64,000 bases of DNA from Candidatus Nomurabacteria bacterium GW2011_GWE1_32_28 (GCA_000989515.1 LBOM01000003.1:111833-175832); one strand, 5' to 3'. Shown: positions 29,582 to 39,639, counted from the first letter of the stretch. The notes: generated by a model from the sequence alone, not told the origin. Made by a program: numbers and translations.

Positions 29582-29601
29582 AGATAATTAAGTTAATAAT
29601 A

Positions 29602-29949
29602 TTAATCTAGAGACTTGATAAAACCTGATAATAACTTAGAAATCTCTATGCTTAAATTATACATTATTTTGAAATCTTTTTCATGGATATACTTTAATTC
29701 TAATCCCAAATCTAACATAGATCTAGTTTCTCCAGTAGATCCTTTTGCTATAAAAAGAAAGTTTCTTAATTCTTTATTTGTTCTTCTTTCAAATCCTTCT
29801 GCAATATTGTTCATTATCGAGACAGAGGCTCTTTCTATTTGATTTTTAAAACTGAAATCTTTACATGTTTTGAATACACTATAGACAAGAAGTGTTAATT
29901 CCTTTCCTTTTTTCCAAGCTATGATATCTTCAAATTTTTCTATTTTCAT
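29602..29949 (-). CDS. Four-helix-bundle protein of the 23S rRNA IVS / Avd family
   Basis: 115 aa. ASVSIMNNIAEGFERRTNKELRNFLFIAKGSTGE matches the PF05635-type signature (ASxSIxxNIAEG...F..A.GS). Confidence 0.65.
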   Translation of the reverse strand: MKIEKFEDIIAWKKGKELTLLVYSVFKTCKDFSFKNQIERASVSIMNNIAEGFERRTNKELRNFLFIAKGSTGETRSMLDLGLELKYIHEKDFKIMYNLSIEISKLLSGFIKSLD

Positions 29950-29990
29950 TTGCTTTCTACTTTATGAACTTTATGAACTTTATGAACTTT
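29950..29990. repeat. Nonamer tandem repeat (ACTTTATGA)x3-4 directly upstream of the Avd-like gene
   Basis: ctactttatgaactttatgaactttatgaacttttt. Confidence 0.75.
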
Positions 29991-30716
29991 TTACTCTATG
30001 GGCATTCTATAAGGGTCAACTCGTGTAAGTTCAGGTTTATTTCTTTCAGAAATTTTAGTAACATTTGGAATTGAATGATTCGTCTCAACTGTTGGAATAT
30101 TAAAAGATCCTGAAAGTTTTTGTGACAATAATGAAGGTGTATCTTTCTTTTTTTCTTCTAAATTTGTAATTGGTAATTGACCATTCGTAATTGATTTATC
30201 TTTTCCATCTGTTATTTCTAATTCGAAATTTGTAATTCCTAATTGTTTTTTATCTTTATCTTCATTCGTAATTCGTAATTCGTAATTGTTAATTGATTGT
30301 GTGTTTTCAATATGTTTTAACATTTCCTCCCTGCTTTCTATTAAATTTTCATTTATGTTTTCTGTGTTTTTGTTAGTTTTTTTATTTTTTTCAACACGCA
30401 TTACAAGTTCTTCGCGGATTTTTCTAAAAACTTTTTCGTTTATTTCATTTACTAGTTCATCTATTTGAGCTTTTGGTAGATTCATTCTAGTCTCCAATTC
30501 TTTTGGATAGTTTTCTGTATTAGTGAGCCCACAAAGCAATAATTCTGTTTCAATTTCAAGATTTTCTAGTTGTTCAAAGCTATATCCTTTTTCTTCTCGC
30601 ATTTTTATTATTATTGATTTCCAATCAACTGCATCAATAGCTTCTATCGTTTCTTTTGGCAATTCTTCTCTAGCTTTATTTATTTTTATTTGTAGCAAAT
30701 CTATTGTTGTATTCAT
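29991..30716 (-). CDS. Hypothetical acidic protein with a C-terminal segment encoded by heptad repeats
   Basis: 241 aa. C-terminal NNYELRITNEDKDKKQLGITNFELEITDGKDKSITNGQLPITNLEEK is translated from AATTCGT-family repeats at 30161-30296. Confidence 0.5.
   Translation of the reverse strand: MNTTIDLLQIKINKAREELPKETIEAIDAVDWKSIIIKMREEKGYSFEQLENLEIETELLLCGLTNTENYPKELETRMNLPKAQIDELVNEINEKVFRKIREELVMRVEKNKKTNKNTENINENLIESREEMLKHIENTQSINNYELRITNEDKDKKQLGITNFELEITDGKDKSITNGQLPITNLEEKKKDTPSLLSQKLSGSFNIPTVETNHSIPNVTKISERNKPELTRVDPYRMPIE
30161..30296. repeat. Three patches of heptad-family repeats (AATTNNT units) inside the 29991-30716 ORF
   Basis: aaatttgtaattggtaattgaccattcgtaattga ... tctaattcgaaatttgtaattcctaattg ... 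cattcgtaattcgtaattcgtaattgttaattgattg. Confidence 0.8.
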
Positions 30717-30740
30717 AATGTTTATTATATATTAATTATT

Positions 30741-33272
30741 TTATTTTTTTTCTTCTTTTATCCCTGAAAGAATTTTATTAGATGCTTCTCTTTCACCAGC
30801 AAATGAATGTTGCCCACCGGACATTATGAAACTAATAGTTTGTGCCACAGGAGTTAGGTTTGACTTAGCAAAATTTTCTCTTCTTGTTCTGTTTTCTGAA
30901 ATAATTAAGTTTTCAGCTATTTTTAGTGCTTTTTCAGCATCCTTTATAGGTCTTTCAGCAGTCTTGAGATTAGTTTTTGCTTCATCTAAACCTCCTACAC
31001 CAGAAGTAAGGTTGTCTCTTATATTAACTTTAGCAGTTCTATTGGCTCTAGCGGTATCTGCTTCGGTGCTTGCAGCACCAAACTTGTCTATTGTATCTTT
31101 TAATTCTCTTTCAGCTTTTATAACTTCTCTATCTGCTAAAGCAACATCTTTTTCTCTGTCTGCTATATCTTTTGTATATTGTGTTATATTAGCTTGGGTT
31201 GTTAAATCAGATTTTGCTTTATCAAGATCATTTTGTTTAGCGTGTACATCTTGTTTTAGTGTTTCATCTTCACCAACTTCTAATTCTTTTGCTCTCTTTT
31301 GTCTCTTTTCTACTTGGTCTGCTCGTCTCTTTACAAAACCACCCTCATTTTGTTTACCAAAAGTATTTACCTTAAGTCCTGTTGAAGCTAAATCTTTACC
31401 AGCAATTTTAATTCCACGAGCATCAAAACTTCCACTGCCAGTAAATTTACTAAAGCTTCTAAGTTGTTTAGCACCAAAAACTCCTCTAGCTTCTGCTGAT
31501 TTTAGTGTAGCTGAGTTTGCCATTGCAGCACCAGCTCTACCAAGTGTTGCTCTTCCTGCCATTGCCATTCCACCCGTAGCAGCACCGAGAGCTACGCCAC
31601 CTATCATTTTTGCTCCAGTCATTACAGCCTTCCCCATTTCACCAGAATATTTTACTACTAGTGACTTTGACTTTGTTAGGAGCATCATAAGTATAATAAA
31701 AGGTATTGTTATGCTCATCACATGCTGCATTGCATTCTGCCAAGAACTCATATCTGGATTATCTGCATATTTTACGACACTAGTAAGAAAACCAGTAAAC
31801 ATTACTATTATATAAAGCATAAAAGTGAATAGTGGTGCGAGGAATGCATTTTTTAGTAGATCATCCCACCATTCTTTGTGTCCAAAACCAGGAATATCAA
31901 AAGGTACTGTATATGAAACAAAAGCAAGTGGAGAGAATATCATAGAAATCCAAAGTGAAACAACTCTAGCCACAAAAAGAATAGCAATAGAGAAAAATAT
32001 ATATGCAGCATAGAGAGTGATGGCAATAAGTAAAAGTACTATAAAAATAGCATAACCCAATCCAAGGCCAGCGTTGTATGCATCTGAGACAATAGACTGA
32101 GGATTAAATTTACTAATTAGCCCTACTGAGATGGACTTTTGTCCACCAGCTTCAGCTTCAGATGTGTTTCCTTTTGTATCTTTTGAAACTATATTATTAT
32201 AAAATATTTTTGCCAGGATGTTTGATCCATCTATGACGATTTTTGTAGTGAATAAACTGAAATTTATAATTAGAGCTATTATAACAACGTATCCAATTAA
32301 TTTTTTATTATCTGTGACATTTAGATTAAGTATTGTCTTTATAGCCACGTAAAGAAGAGCAACTATGAAGAATATATTTGCTACATCTCTCACAGCACTC
32401 CATGCTTTTTCAATAAATATATTGCTATAAGAGGAGCTATTTGTTGCATAATAAACAAAAAAATCTAAAAAAGATCCTGCTAACATACCAACAAAAAAAG
32501 ATGCTTTCCAAATATAGTTAAATCCTTCTAAAATACAACCTCCAACGTTAACTGGATAAACAAAACTACAATTAAAACTTTCTGTTACATCTGTTCCAGT
32601 ATTACTGTATGAGTTTGATGTATCTGTAAAATTATTTTTTTCATCAGTAGGATTATATGCAGTTGTTGTGAATTCTTGTGATTTTATTATATCCTCATTA
32701 GTAAAATCAACCCAGTTCCAAATACTTTGTTTGGTTCCTGTCCCTTCATAAACCTCGAGTGATAATATATATGTAGTATTTGGTTTAAATGGAAATTTAT
32801 CTGTTCCAGTTTGTAAGTTTATGATTTCATTACTTGATGTACCCAACAAAAAAGGCAAAGCTAGTTCTCTCCAAGATAGACATTTTGGATCGTTTGGGTC
32901 ACTTTTTTCTTTATAACATATAAAGACTCCTTCTTGAGATATATTTTCTATTGCACCCTCTATTAAAAGGTAAGCATCATATATTGGTACTTTATTAGTA
33001 TCAATTTCACGTTGTGTATTAAATTCTTTATCATTAGTATCTTCGCTAATAATAACGCCTGCACTAAAGTTTACTGAGTTAGAACTTATAGAATTAATTT
33101 TTATATAAGAATTTTTATCTAAATATTCTGCTATATTTATTGCTTCAGCTTTTTTTATTTCTATTCCGAGGGTTAAATATTTATCACTTATTTTAATGTT
33201 TAAAGAAATAGGCACTATAAAAATAGCTACCATGACTATCGATATTAGAATTTTTGATAAATATTTTTGCAT
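30741..33272 (-). CDS. Large polytopic membrane protein, VirB6/TrbL-like candidate (signal/TM, extracellular domain, >=6 TM, C-terminal Gly-rich coiled-coil)
   Basis: 843 aa. TM cluster FFVGMLAGSFLDFFVYYA...IALIINFSLFTTKIVIDG...AIFIVLLLIAITLYAAYIFFSIAILFVARVV...PLFTFMLYIIVMFTGFL, then Gly/Ala-rich GAKMIGGVALGAATGGMAMAG and a coiled-coil tail. The VirB6 assignment is by topology only. Confidence 0.4.
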   Translation of the reverse strand: MQKYLSKILISIVMVAIFIVPISLNIKISDKYLTLGIEIKKAEAINIAEYLDKNSYIKINSISSNSVNFSAGVIISEDTNDKEFNTQREIDTNKVPIYDAYLLIEGAIENISQEGVFICYKEKSDPNDPKCLSWRELALPFLLGTSSNEIINLQTGTDKFPFKPNTTYILSLEVYEGTGTKQSIWNWVDFTNEDIIKSQEFTTTAYNPTDEKNNFTDTSNSYSNTGTDVTESFNCSFVYPVNVGGCILEGFNYIWKASFFVGMLAGSFLDFFVYYATNSSSYSNIFIEKAWSAVRDVANIFFIVALLYVAIKTILNLNVTDNKKLIGYVVIIALIINFSLFTTKIVIDGSNILAKIFYNNIVSKDTKGNTSEAEAGGQKSISVGLISKFNPQSIVSDAYNAGLGLGYAIFIVLLLIAITLYAAYIFFSIAILFVARVVSLWISMIFSPLAFVSYTVPFDIPGFGHKEWWDDLLKNAFLAPLFTFMLYIIVMFTGFLTSVVKYADNPDMSSWQNAMQHVMSITIPFIILMMLLTKSKSLVVKYSGEMGKAVMTGAKMIGGVALGAATGGMAMAGRATLGRAGAAMANSATLKSAEARGVFGAKQLRSFSKFTGSGSFDARGIKIAGKDLASTGLKVNTFGKQNEGGFVKRRADQVEKRQKRAKELEVGEDETLKQDVHAKQNDLDKAKSDLTTQANITQYTKDIADREKDVALADREVIKAERELKDTIDKFGAASTEADTARANRTAKVNIRDNLTSGVGGLDEAKTNLKTAERPIKDAEKALKIAENLIISENRTRRENFAKSNLTPVAQTISFIMSGGQHSFAGEREASNKILSGIKEEKK

Positions 33273-33310
33273 TTTGTTTCTAACTTTTTTCCTTCTCTAT
33301 TTATTTACTT

Positions 33311-33356
33311 TCTGTATTTTAAATTCGTAATTCGTAATTGTTAATTCGTAATTGAC
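33311..33356. repeat. Heptad element with conserved flank TTCTGTATTTTAAATTCGTAATTCGTAATTGTTAATTCGTAATTGAC
   Basis: The 50-nt string is identical to 34236-34282 and closely related to 40769-40800, 26556-26596 and 25441-25470. It lies ~45 nt upstream (gene sense) of the 30741-33272 start. Confidence 0.85.
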
Positions 33357-34183
33357 TTACCTTTTTTCTTCTCCAAGAAGTTATCTTTTGTAACCACTGA
33401 ATGTCCTAACCTTTTTTCTAATTTTTTACGTGCTCCACCAGCTATATTTCCTCCTGCTTTTGCATCAGATTTTAATTTTGAAATTCCTTTGGAATGCTCT
33501 TTCTTGTGTATTTCTGTCGTTGCTGTTTCAGCAAGCATATTTAACACAAGTTCAAGATTCGTCATATTATCTCTCAGACTTTGTTTTTTTAATTCTTTAA
33601 GATTTTTATATTCTTTTGTCGTGAGTCCTGCCCAAGCCTTCGTGATCTCATCTGTTAGTATAGCAAATTCTTTGCCTTCCTTTACTCCACGGTTTTCCCA
33701 TTCATCAGTTAATGATTTTCGGATTTCAATACTTTTTAATCTTTGATTTATCCAGTTTTGACTATATCCTTTTTGTAGATATGTTTTTAACGCACGATTT
33801 ATAGAAAGCTCTGGGTCTGCTGTTTCTTCTAATCTCTCATAGCCTACACGAGCAAGCCAGAGTTTAAATGGTTCAGCTTTTGGTGATGGAATAGATTGAA
33901 TTAAACGGAACATTACTTCTGTGTCAGCTACATCAGTAATATAATATTTACCATCTGATGCTTGCATTTTCAGATGGTGACATTTTGTCACCATCTCACT
34001 ACCTTCGTCACGAAGTCTTTGAGCTAGCTTGTTCCAGTATTTTCTTGCATCAATACTTTCTGTTAAAACTTTAACTACATCAACAACCGAAAAATACCAT
34101 AATTCTTTTTCAGCATCCCAGTGTCTGCGAATTTCTTTGTTGTCAAAAATTGCTATTTTATTTTTTGTATTTTTCTTTTGCAT
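33341..34183 (-). CDS. Bro-N / DinD-family protein (phage antirepressor-like, DNA-damage-inducible protein D family)
   Basis: 280 aa. N-terminal Bro-N pattern KIAIFDNKEIRRHWDAEKELWYFSVVDVVKVLTES. The C-terminal half parallels E. coli DinD. Paralog of 62223-63065. Confidence 0.65.
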   Translation of the reverse strand: MQKKNTKNKIAIFDNKEIRRHWDAEKELWYFSVVDVVKVLTESIDARKYWNKLAQRLRDEGSEMVTKCHHLKMQASDGKYYITDVADTEVMFRLIQSIPSPKAEPFKLWLARVGYERLEETADPELSINRALKTYLQKGYSQNWINQRLKSIEIRKSLTDEWENRGVKEGKEFAILTDEITKAWAGLTTKEYKNLKELKKQSLRDNMTNLELVLNMLAETATTEIHKKEHSKGISKLKSDAKAGGNIAGGARKKLEKRLGHSVVTKDNFLEKKKGKSITN

Positions 34184-34235
34184 TTTACTTTCTAACTTTA
34201 TAAACTTTATGACTTTCTACTCTCTCCTGTTCTTT

Positions 34236-34282
34236 TTCTGTATTTTAAATTCGTAATTCGTAATTGTTAATTCGTAATTGAC
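34236..34282. repeat. Heptad element (identical copy of 33311-33356)
   Basis: ttctgtattttaaattcgtaattcgtaattgttaattcgtaattgactta. Confidence 0.85.
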
Positions 34283-36712
34283 TTATCGTTTTTTGAAGTA
34301 GTATTCGTAATCAGAAGCATCTTTGAGTATCGTAGATGTGTTTCTTATGTCTATAATCTTATCATAATAATATTCATACACTGTTAATTTATTTCCAATG
34401 AGCTGGAGCTGATATGCTGCCACGTCTGGTTCACTTACACGTATTTCTCTACCGTCTTCAGTGACATAACCAAACATCCTTGCAATTTGATCTGATAGAT
34501 ACCATGCAAAATTTTGTAAATCTGTGCCTTCTTCATAGCCATATAATTTAGCGAATTCTTTGTCTGCCATTATTTGTCTTGTAAAAACTGTTTCTATTCC
34601 TTCATGATATCGCACAACATCACCTTCTCGTGGAGTCACTTTTTGTCCCAATGTAAGAGGTGTTGTATTTATTATACCAGTATTGTTTGTATTATTATTT
34701 CCAGTATTGTTTGTATTGTTGCCGGTTACTCCAGGGATCCAAACACCAGCTACCCATGTTCCAGGAGTCCAAGCATCGTCTACCCAAGATACTGGAGTCC
34801 AAGCACCATCCATCCAAGCTGTAGGAATCCATGTATTGTTTTCCCAAATCTCAGCAATCCATGTACCATTTTCCCAAGATCCATTAGTCCATCCATCGTC
34901 TCCAGTCCAGTCTGTGTCTCCGTTGGTATCAACATAAATATATGCATTGCCACTTGCTGTTCCCTTGTCTCCATTACAAGATACAGAAAAAGATGTTGAA
35001 GATGCAGGACGAACTCTTTGTTGTCCATTTAGACCAACAGAGATTCCATCAAATTTACAAGAAGTAGTGTTTTCAGATGACCAAGTTATCGTTGCTGGGC
35101 CATCTTTTTCTGATAGATAATAAGAGTCTGCTGTTACTCTGACCTTGGGTAATGATTTATAATAATCATCTTCGCCATCTCCACCCTCTCCTTCTCCGCT
35201 AGTATTAACATAAACATATGCATTAGCACTTGCTGTTCCGTTAGGGCCACTACATGTTATTGAATAAGAAGTAGATGATGTAGGTTGAACAATCGCTGGT
35301 TTTCCTGCGCTATTTGTTGCTACTGTATTTTTTACTTCTTTATCTCCAAAAGAACAGGAAGTGGTGTTTGTTGATGTCCAATTTATTGTTGAAGAATCAC
35401 CAGGAGAAATTGTATAAGGATTTGCTGAAAGGATTACTGTAGGGAAAATATTATTATAGATACAAAAAGTTTTTGATTCATTTAAAATATATGGAGGAGT
35501 ACATGTAGGAGTATATCCATAACTATCACACGTAGGATAATTAATAGCACCATTTGTACAATAATCCCAACCAGTACCATTATCACTTCCATCACCCCAA
35601 TTAGAGCCATCGTCTCCTCCATAAGGAGTATTCTTCGGTGCAGCTTTTGTTGTGAAACTAAAAGTAGAACCAGTAATTTTTACAGTATCTTCTCCTGTCG
35701 CCATAAAAATATATTTTGTAGATGGTCTTAATCCTGATAATGAAAAACTTATATTTCCATAAATATTACTACGGTTACCTATGGTGTAAGATTTTTCTCC
35801 GACATCCTTCCAAGAGGGAGCTACTTCTTTAAATGCATATATTTCAGTATATGGTCTATCTTCTTTATATCGGAAATAAGTTTTTAGGTCCTTAACGGAA
35901 TTATAAGAACCATTTAATTTTGCGGACGTTGAAGTTATTTGTGTCGCATCTTTTGTTTCAATTATTGTTTTTAATGGGGCTGTGCGGAAGTCTTTTACTA
36001 TACTGTCTCCACCATAGGCTATATTATTCTTATTAGAAATAATTGCACAATAATAATAAGTAGTATCTGGTATTAAGTTTTCAATTTCTTGAGAAAAAGT
36101 CTGTTCTCCTGTAATTAATTTTAAAAATAAATCTTTTGTTGATTTCATTTTTGTTCCATAGATATCATTACAAAAAATAGGGGCTATTTTTTCTTTTGAA
36201 TATCTAAAATATGCAGTAATTGGGAGTGTTGGATTTGTAGTAGTATAGCCACCCTTTCCCCATAATCTTGCGGTAGTTTGTGTTACCTCATCTGCACCTA
36301 TTGTTTGTATGGAGAGCTTAGAAGTATCTGAAGGAGAAGATACTGGTATATTTTTTACATTTATTGTTATTGTTCTTGGTCCTACTTCTACTTCTGTATT
36401 TCTTTCTTCGTCATACCCATAACAATTAAGTGTGTATACACTTTCTTTTTCATTTGGGGTAACTACTAAATTTCCACTTCCACTTAATGACGACGTATCA
36501 TTTATTTTACAAGATGTTGAATAGTCAGATGAAGACGAAGACCAAGAAAGAGTGACTGACTCTCCATTGTTTATTGAGTAAGAAGAAGCTACAAAGTTAT
36601 TTATATAAAGAAAAAAGGTGTTGTATTCTTGTTGTGCAGAAACATTGTTTATATAAAATGCACTTAAAATAAATATGAATATTATTAGAATTTTTAGTAT
36701 GTTTTTTTTCAT
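34283..36712 (-). CDS. Large secreted repeat protein (Ig/FN-like modules, Trp-rich tandem repeats)
   Basis: 809 aa with a signal peptide. Repeated Cys-containing modules (YTLNCYGYDEE / YSITCSGPNGTASANAYVYV / FSVSCNGDKGTASGNAYIYV) and a W-rich tract WIAEIWENNTWIPTAWMDGAWTPVSWVDDAWTPGTWVAGVWIPG. Confidence 0.55.
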   Translation of the reverse strand: MKKNILKILIIFIFILSAFYINNVSAQQEYNTFFLYINNFVASSYSINNGESVTLSWSSSSSDYSTSCKINDTSSLSGSGNLVVTPNEKESVYTLNCYGYDEERNTEVEVGPRTITINVKNIPVSSPSDTSKLSIQTIGADEVTQTTARLWGKGGYTTTNPTLPITAYFRYSKEKIAPIFCNDIYGTKMKSTKDLFLKLITGEQTFSQEIENLIPDTTYYYCAIISNKNNIAYGGDSIVKDFRTAPLKTIIETKDATQITSTSAKLNGSYNSVKDLKTYFRYKEDRPYTEIYAFKEVAPSWKDVGEKSYTIGNRSNIYGNISFSLSGLRPSTKYIFMATGEDTVKITGSTFSFTTKAAPKNTPYGGDDGSNWGDGSDNGTGWDYCTNGAINYPTCDSYGYTPTCTPPYILNESKTFCIYNNIFPTVILSANPYTISPGDSSTINWTSTNTTSCSFGDKEVKNTVATNSAGKPAIVQPTSSTSYSITCSGPNGTASANAYVYVNTSGEGEGGDGEDDYYKSLPKVRVTADSYYLSEKDGPATITWSSENTTSCKFDGISVGLNGQQRVRPASSTSFSVSCNGDKGTASGNAYIYVDTNGDTDWTGDDGWTNGSWENGTWIAEIWENNTWIPTAWMDGAWTPVSWVDDAWTPGTWVAGVWIPGVTGNNTNNTGNNNTNNTGIINTTPLTLGQKVTPREGDVVRYHEGIETVFTRQIMADKEFAKLYGYEEGTDLQNFAWYLSDQIARMFGYVTEDGREIRVSEPDVAAYQLQLIGNKLTVYEYYYDKIIDIRNTSTILKDASDYEYYFKKR

Positions 36713-36735
36713 TTTTTGTTTGAGATTCTTTCTGT

Positions 36736-39639
36736 TTAATAAATTCCTATAATACTTTCAAATTGACCACTTTGGTATTTGCCATATATATTTGTTCCTA
36801 AGGCTCTTTTTATATTACCCCTAAATGCTTCTTCTTCATCATTTCCAGTAGACCCTTTTCCATCGTGTATTTTTAATGGTATCAAATCACCAATTAGTAG
36901 TCTGTCAGGGAAATCAGAAAAATTACTACCTTGGAACAATACAAAGCTTAAGAATCCTGGGCCCAGTTTATCATTTGTTTCAACCTCAGTCGTTTCTGGC
37001 ATTTTATTTTTAAAACCTACTTCTCCTTCTTTTGTCCAAGGATCTGGTATATCACTTCCATTTTCATAAAGATTATAATCGTAGAGTATAGGGAAAGGAT
37101 ATGTCATTCTCTTTACAGATAGGACGTTGTATCCAATCCATGGAGTTTTGCTTACTATTTCTTTCGTTTCTTCTCTTGATGGGGTGGCGTATCTGTCTGC
37201 GCTATAGGTGTAGGTTTTGTAGTCTTTTGAGATTGTAAATCCTTTTTGTTCTGATTCCGCAAGAGATTTTTCACAACCGTAAGGTCCTTTTAGTAGGTTT
37301 TTATATATATCATCTTTTTTATCTTTGATTTGTTGTAATAGATCGTCTGCACTCGCTATGTCATTTCCATTTACCATATTCATAGACAGTCTACCAAAAG
37401 TATCTATTTGTAGTTTTAATTCATTTTCATAATTTTCTCCACCATCTGGATATTTCTTGTTTAAGTTGTTTACTTCTTCTTTTATTTGACCTAATATATT
37501 TACGATACTTTTTATTTGAACTATTTTATCTTCATTGTTTTTTACCATCTGCCCATAGCCAGTTAATCGATTGAAATTTAATGCTGCTGCTTTTGCAGCT
37601 TCAGGTAATAATTCTGATTTATTTGAAAAATATGTATCATTCATAATTTCAATATATCTGTCTAAAATTCGATTTAACACATTTACGACACCTCCCTTGC
37701 TTGAGATGTTGAGTGCAGCTGAACGGTTTGGTGACCCGTAGTCAGCCAGGATACCAGTAAAGGCTTTAATAATTGATGAATAATAAATTCTGACTTTTCT
37801 TGCATCTGCATCTGAATCATCAGAAAATAAGCTTGTGATGTAACCTATTACTACCCCAAGCGCTGCACCTATTATTGTACCTACGATTGGGACTGCTGAT
37901 CCAAGTGTTGCACCGAGAGCCGCACCACCCAACCATCCTGCTATTACTGTCGCACCGACAGCTGCACCAGCCATTGGTAATAGAGATTGTACTAATCCGC
38001 CAACCTTATCTTCACTTATGTTTTTAAGGCTATTTTCTGTTTCTGGTAAAATGGTATCTGTCACAGCGGCCAATACTTTTCTAGAATCATTCTCCCATCC
38101 TGGATGAGGACCTGGTATACAATAATCTAATTGAGATATTAACGGTATGAGTCCATATGCATTAGATTGTCCATACGTGGCCGAGTTTTTATCAGTATTA
38201 ATTGCGTAGTTTTTCCCGTCCGTTGTAGAAAAGAGTTCTTTGTTTTGTTCTTCAAGTTTATCAGAATATGTTCGCTGTTCATCTATTAAGGCTTGTGTGA
38301 GGTCTGTACGAATATCAAAATTTGGATTGGCTTTTAGCCAAGAACTTGAAAGCTGAGATGGCATAAAATCTTTTTCTGTTTTACTTCTATATTTTTCAGT
38401 TGAACCACTTGTATCAAAGACGAGATTTCCATTAGATCCATCATTTCCTATATTTGCAAATCCTTTTTCCATAATATTAGAAGAGAATTGAGCCAAAAGA
38501 GCATCTAATACAGCAGCAACTGAATCATTTAAATCTTCTACATTTAAATAAGAATTATTTGGATAGTCTATGACATTTGTGGCTGCATCGGAAATCATTT
38601 TTCCTGGAGTTACATATTCCCAATTTCCTCCTCTTGCCTTACATGGATCTTCTTCTCCTGCTTCTAGCGCGGCGTCTACATCAGTTTGTGTCATTTTAGA
38701 ATCGACACTGCAACGCATGTCACCCAAGAACCCATTTGCCTGAGACAGTGCTTCGTGTACATTTTCTGCAGTAGATTGTACTGTTCCTTGTAGTCTACTT
38801 TGTATTTCATTATCAGCCATTATTTTAAAACCAATAGGGTTATTTGCTGGAGATTGTGTCATAGCTGTCCATGCGTCCCACCCACCCTGGCTGAAATCTA
38901 GTTGAAAAGTTTTAGCAGAGTATTCTGGATTAGTGTTTTGAATAAGTTCATTAAGGGAATATCGTGCATTGTCTTGGAATTTATTATTGAAAGCTGTAGC
39001 TGTATTTTGCATCCAAGCTTTTCCAAATGGAAATAATTCTGGATTATTTATTTCTGCACCAAATTGTAGTATTTCATTTTTTGCTATGTCATTAAAAAAT
39101 TTTCCAGGATTTTGTATAAATGCAGGACTGCCATCAAAACCACTATTAATCCAATTGACAGTACTCACTGTTAATTTTTGTAAAAGCATTTTGATGATTA
39201 ATCTTCCAATGCTTTGAATACAAGTAGAGTTTGCATTTAATGAAGCAGTACTTGTTTCAATCTTATCTATTTTTGCTTTGATTTCGTTAAGTTTTTCTGT
39301 ATTAGTAGGATCATTGACTTGAATAGATTCAAAATCTGTTGTTAAGGTTTCTGCTTCTTGTTCCAAGAGTCTTTTTTCTATATCAGCATTATGTTCAGCA
39401 TAAAAATCACCAAGTCCGTCTGTAAGTCCACTTCCGATTCCACTAAATAGATCATTTATTCCACTATTTATTATTTCTTGGCATTGTGGCAAGGCGGCGA
39501 TAGCAGGAGCAAGACCACTCGTGTAAGCTCCAAAACTTTGTGCTTCTACTTTCTTAGGCAAAAAACCTAAAGGCATCAAGGTTATACTTAAGACAAGAAT
39601 AAAAGAAATTATTGAATTTTTAAAATTTTTCTGTTGCAT
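36736..39639 (-). CDS. Large secreted/membrane protein with central glycine-zipper TM segment
   Basis: 967 aa with a signal peptide. Central LLPMAGAAVGATVIAGWLGGAALGATLGSAVPIVGTIIGAALGVVIGYITSLF. No enzymatic motif recognised. Confidence 0.55.
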   Translation of the reverse strand: MQQKNFKNSIISFILVLSITLMPLGFLPKKVEAQSFGAYTSGLAPAIAALPQCQEIINSGINDLFSGIGSGLTDGLGDFYAEHNADIEKRLLEQEAETLTTDFESIQVNDPTNTEKLNEIKAKIDKIETSTASLNANSTCIQSIGRLIIKMLLQKLTVSTVNWINSGFDGSPAFIQNPGKFFNDIAKNEILQFGAEINNPELFPFGKAWMQNTATAFNNKFQDNARYSLNELIQNTNPEYSAKTFQLDFSQGGWDAWTAMTQSPANNPIGFKIMADNEIQSRLQGTVQSTAENVHEALSQANGFLGDMRCSVDSKMTQTDVDAALEAGEEDPCKARGGNWEYVTPGKMISDAATNVIDYPNNSYLNVEDLNDSVAAVLDALLAQFSSNIMEKGFANIGNDGSNGNLVFDTSGSTEKYRSKTEKDFMPSQLSSSWLKANPNFDIRTDLTQALIDEQRTYSDKLEEQNKELFSTTDGKNYAINTDKNSATYGQSNAYGLIPLISQLDYCIPGPHPGWENDSRKVLAAVTDTILPETENSLKNISEDKVGGLVQSLLPMAGAAVGATVIAGWLGGAALGATLGSAVPIVGTIIGAALGVVIGYITSLFSDDSDADARKVRIYYSSIIKAFTGILADYGSPNRSAALNISSKGGVVNVLNRILDRYIEIMNDTYFSNKSELLPEAAKAAALNFNRLTGYGQMVKNNEDKIVQIKSIVNILGQIKEEVNNLNKKYPDGGENYENELKLQIDTFGRLSMNMVNGNDIASADDLLQQIKDKKDDIYKNLLKGPYGCEKSLAESEQKGFTISKDYKTYTYSADRYATPSREETKEIVSKTPWIGYNVLSVKRMTYPFPILYDYNLYENGSDIPDPWTKEGEVGFKNKMPETTEVETNDKLGPGFLSFVLFQGSNFSDFPDRLLIGDLIPLKIHDGKGSTGNDEEEAFRGNIKRALGTNIYGKYQSGQFESIIGIY

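Noticed and set aside
29602-29949. Complete diversity-generating retroelement
   Set aside because: An Avd-like gene is present, but no reverse-transcriptase ORF or TR/VR repeat pair is visible in the window.
30826-31815. 329-aa plus-strand ORF (Ala/Ser/Pro/Leu-rich)
   Set aside because: It lies entirely antisense to the Gly/Ala-rich, coiled-coil C-terminal region of the 843-aa minus-strand membrane protein. Its low-complexity composition is the mirror image of that gene, so it is a spurious ORF.
34574-35028. Three overlapping ORFs (141, 84, 82 aa) within the 809-aa secreted-protein gene
   Set aside because: They arise from the repetitive W-rich tract read in other frames or strands. They have no starts with sensible context and are fully nested in a well-supported gene.
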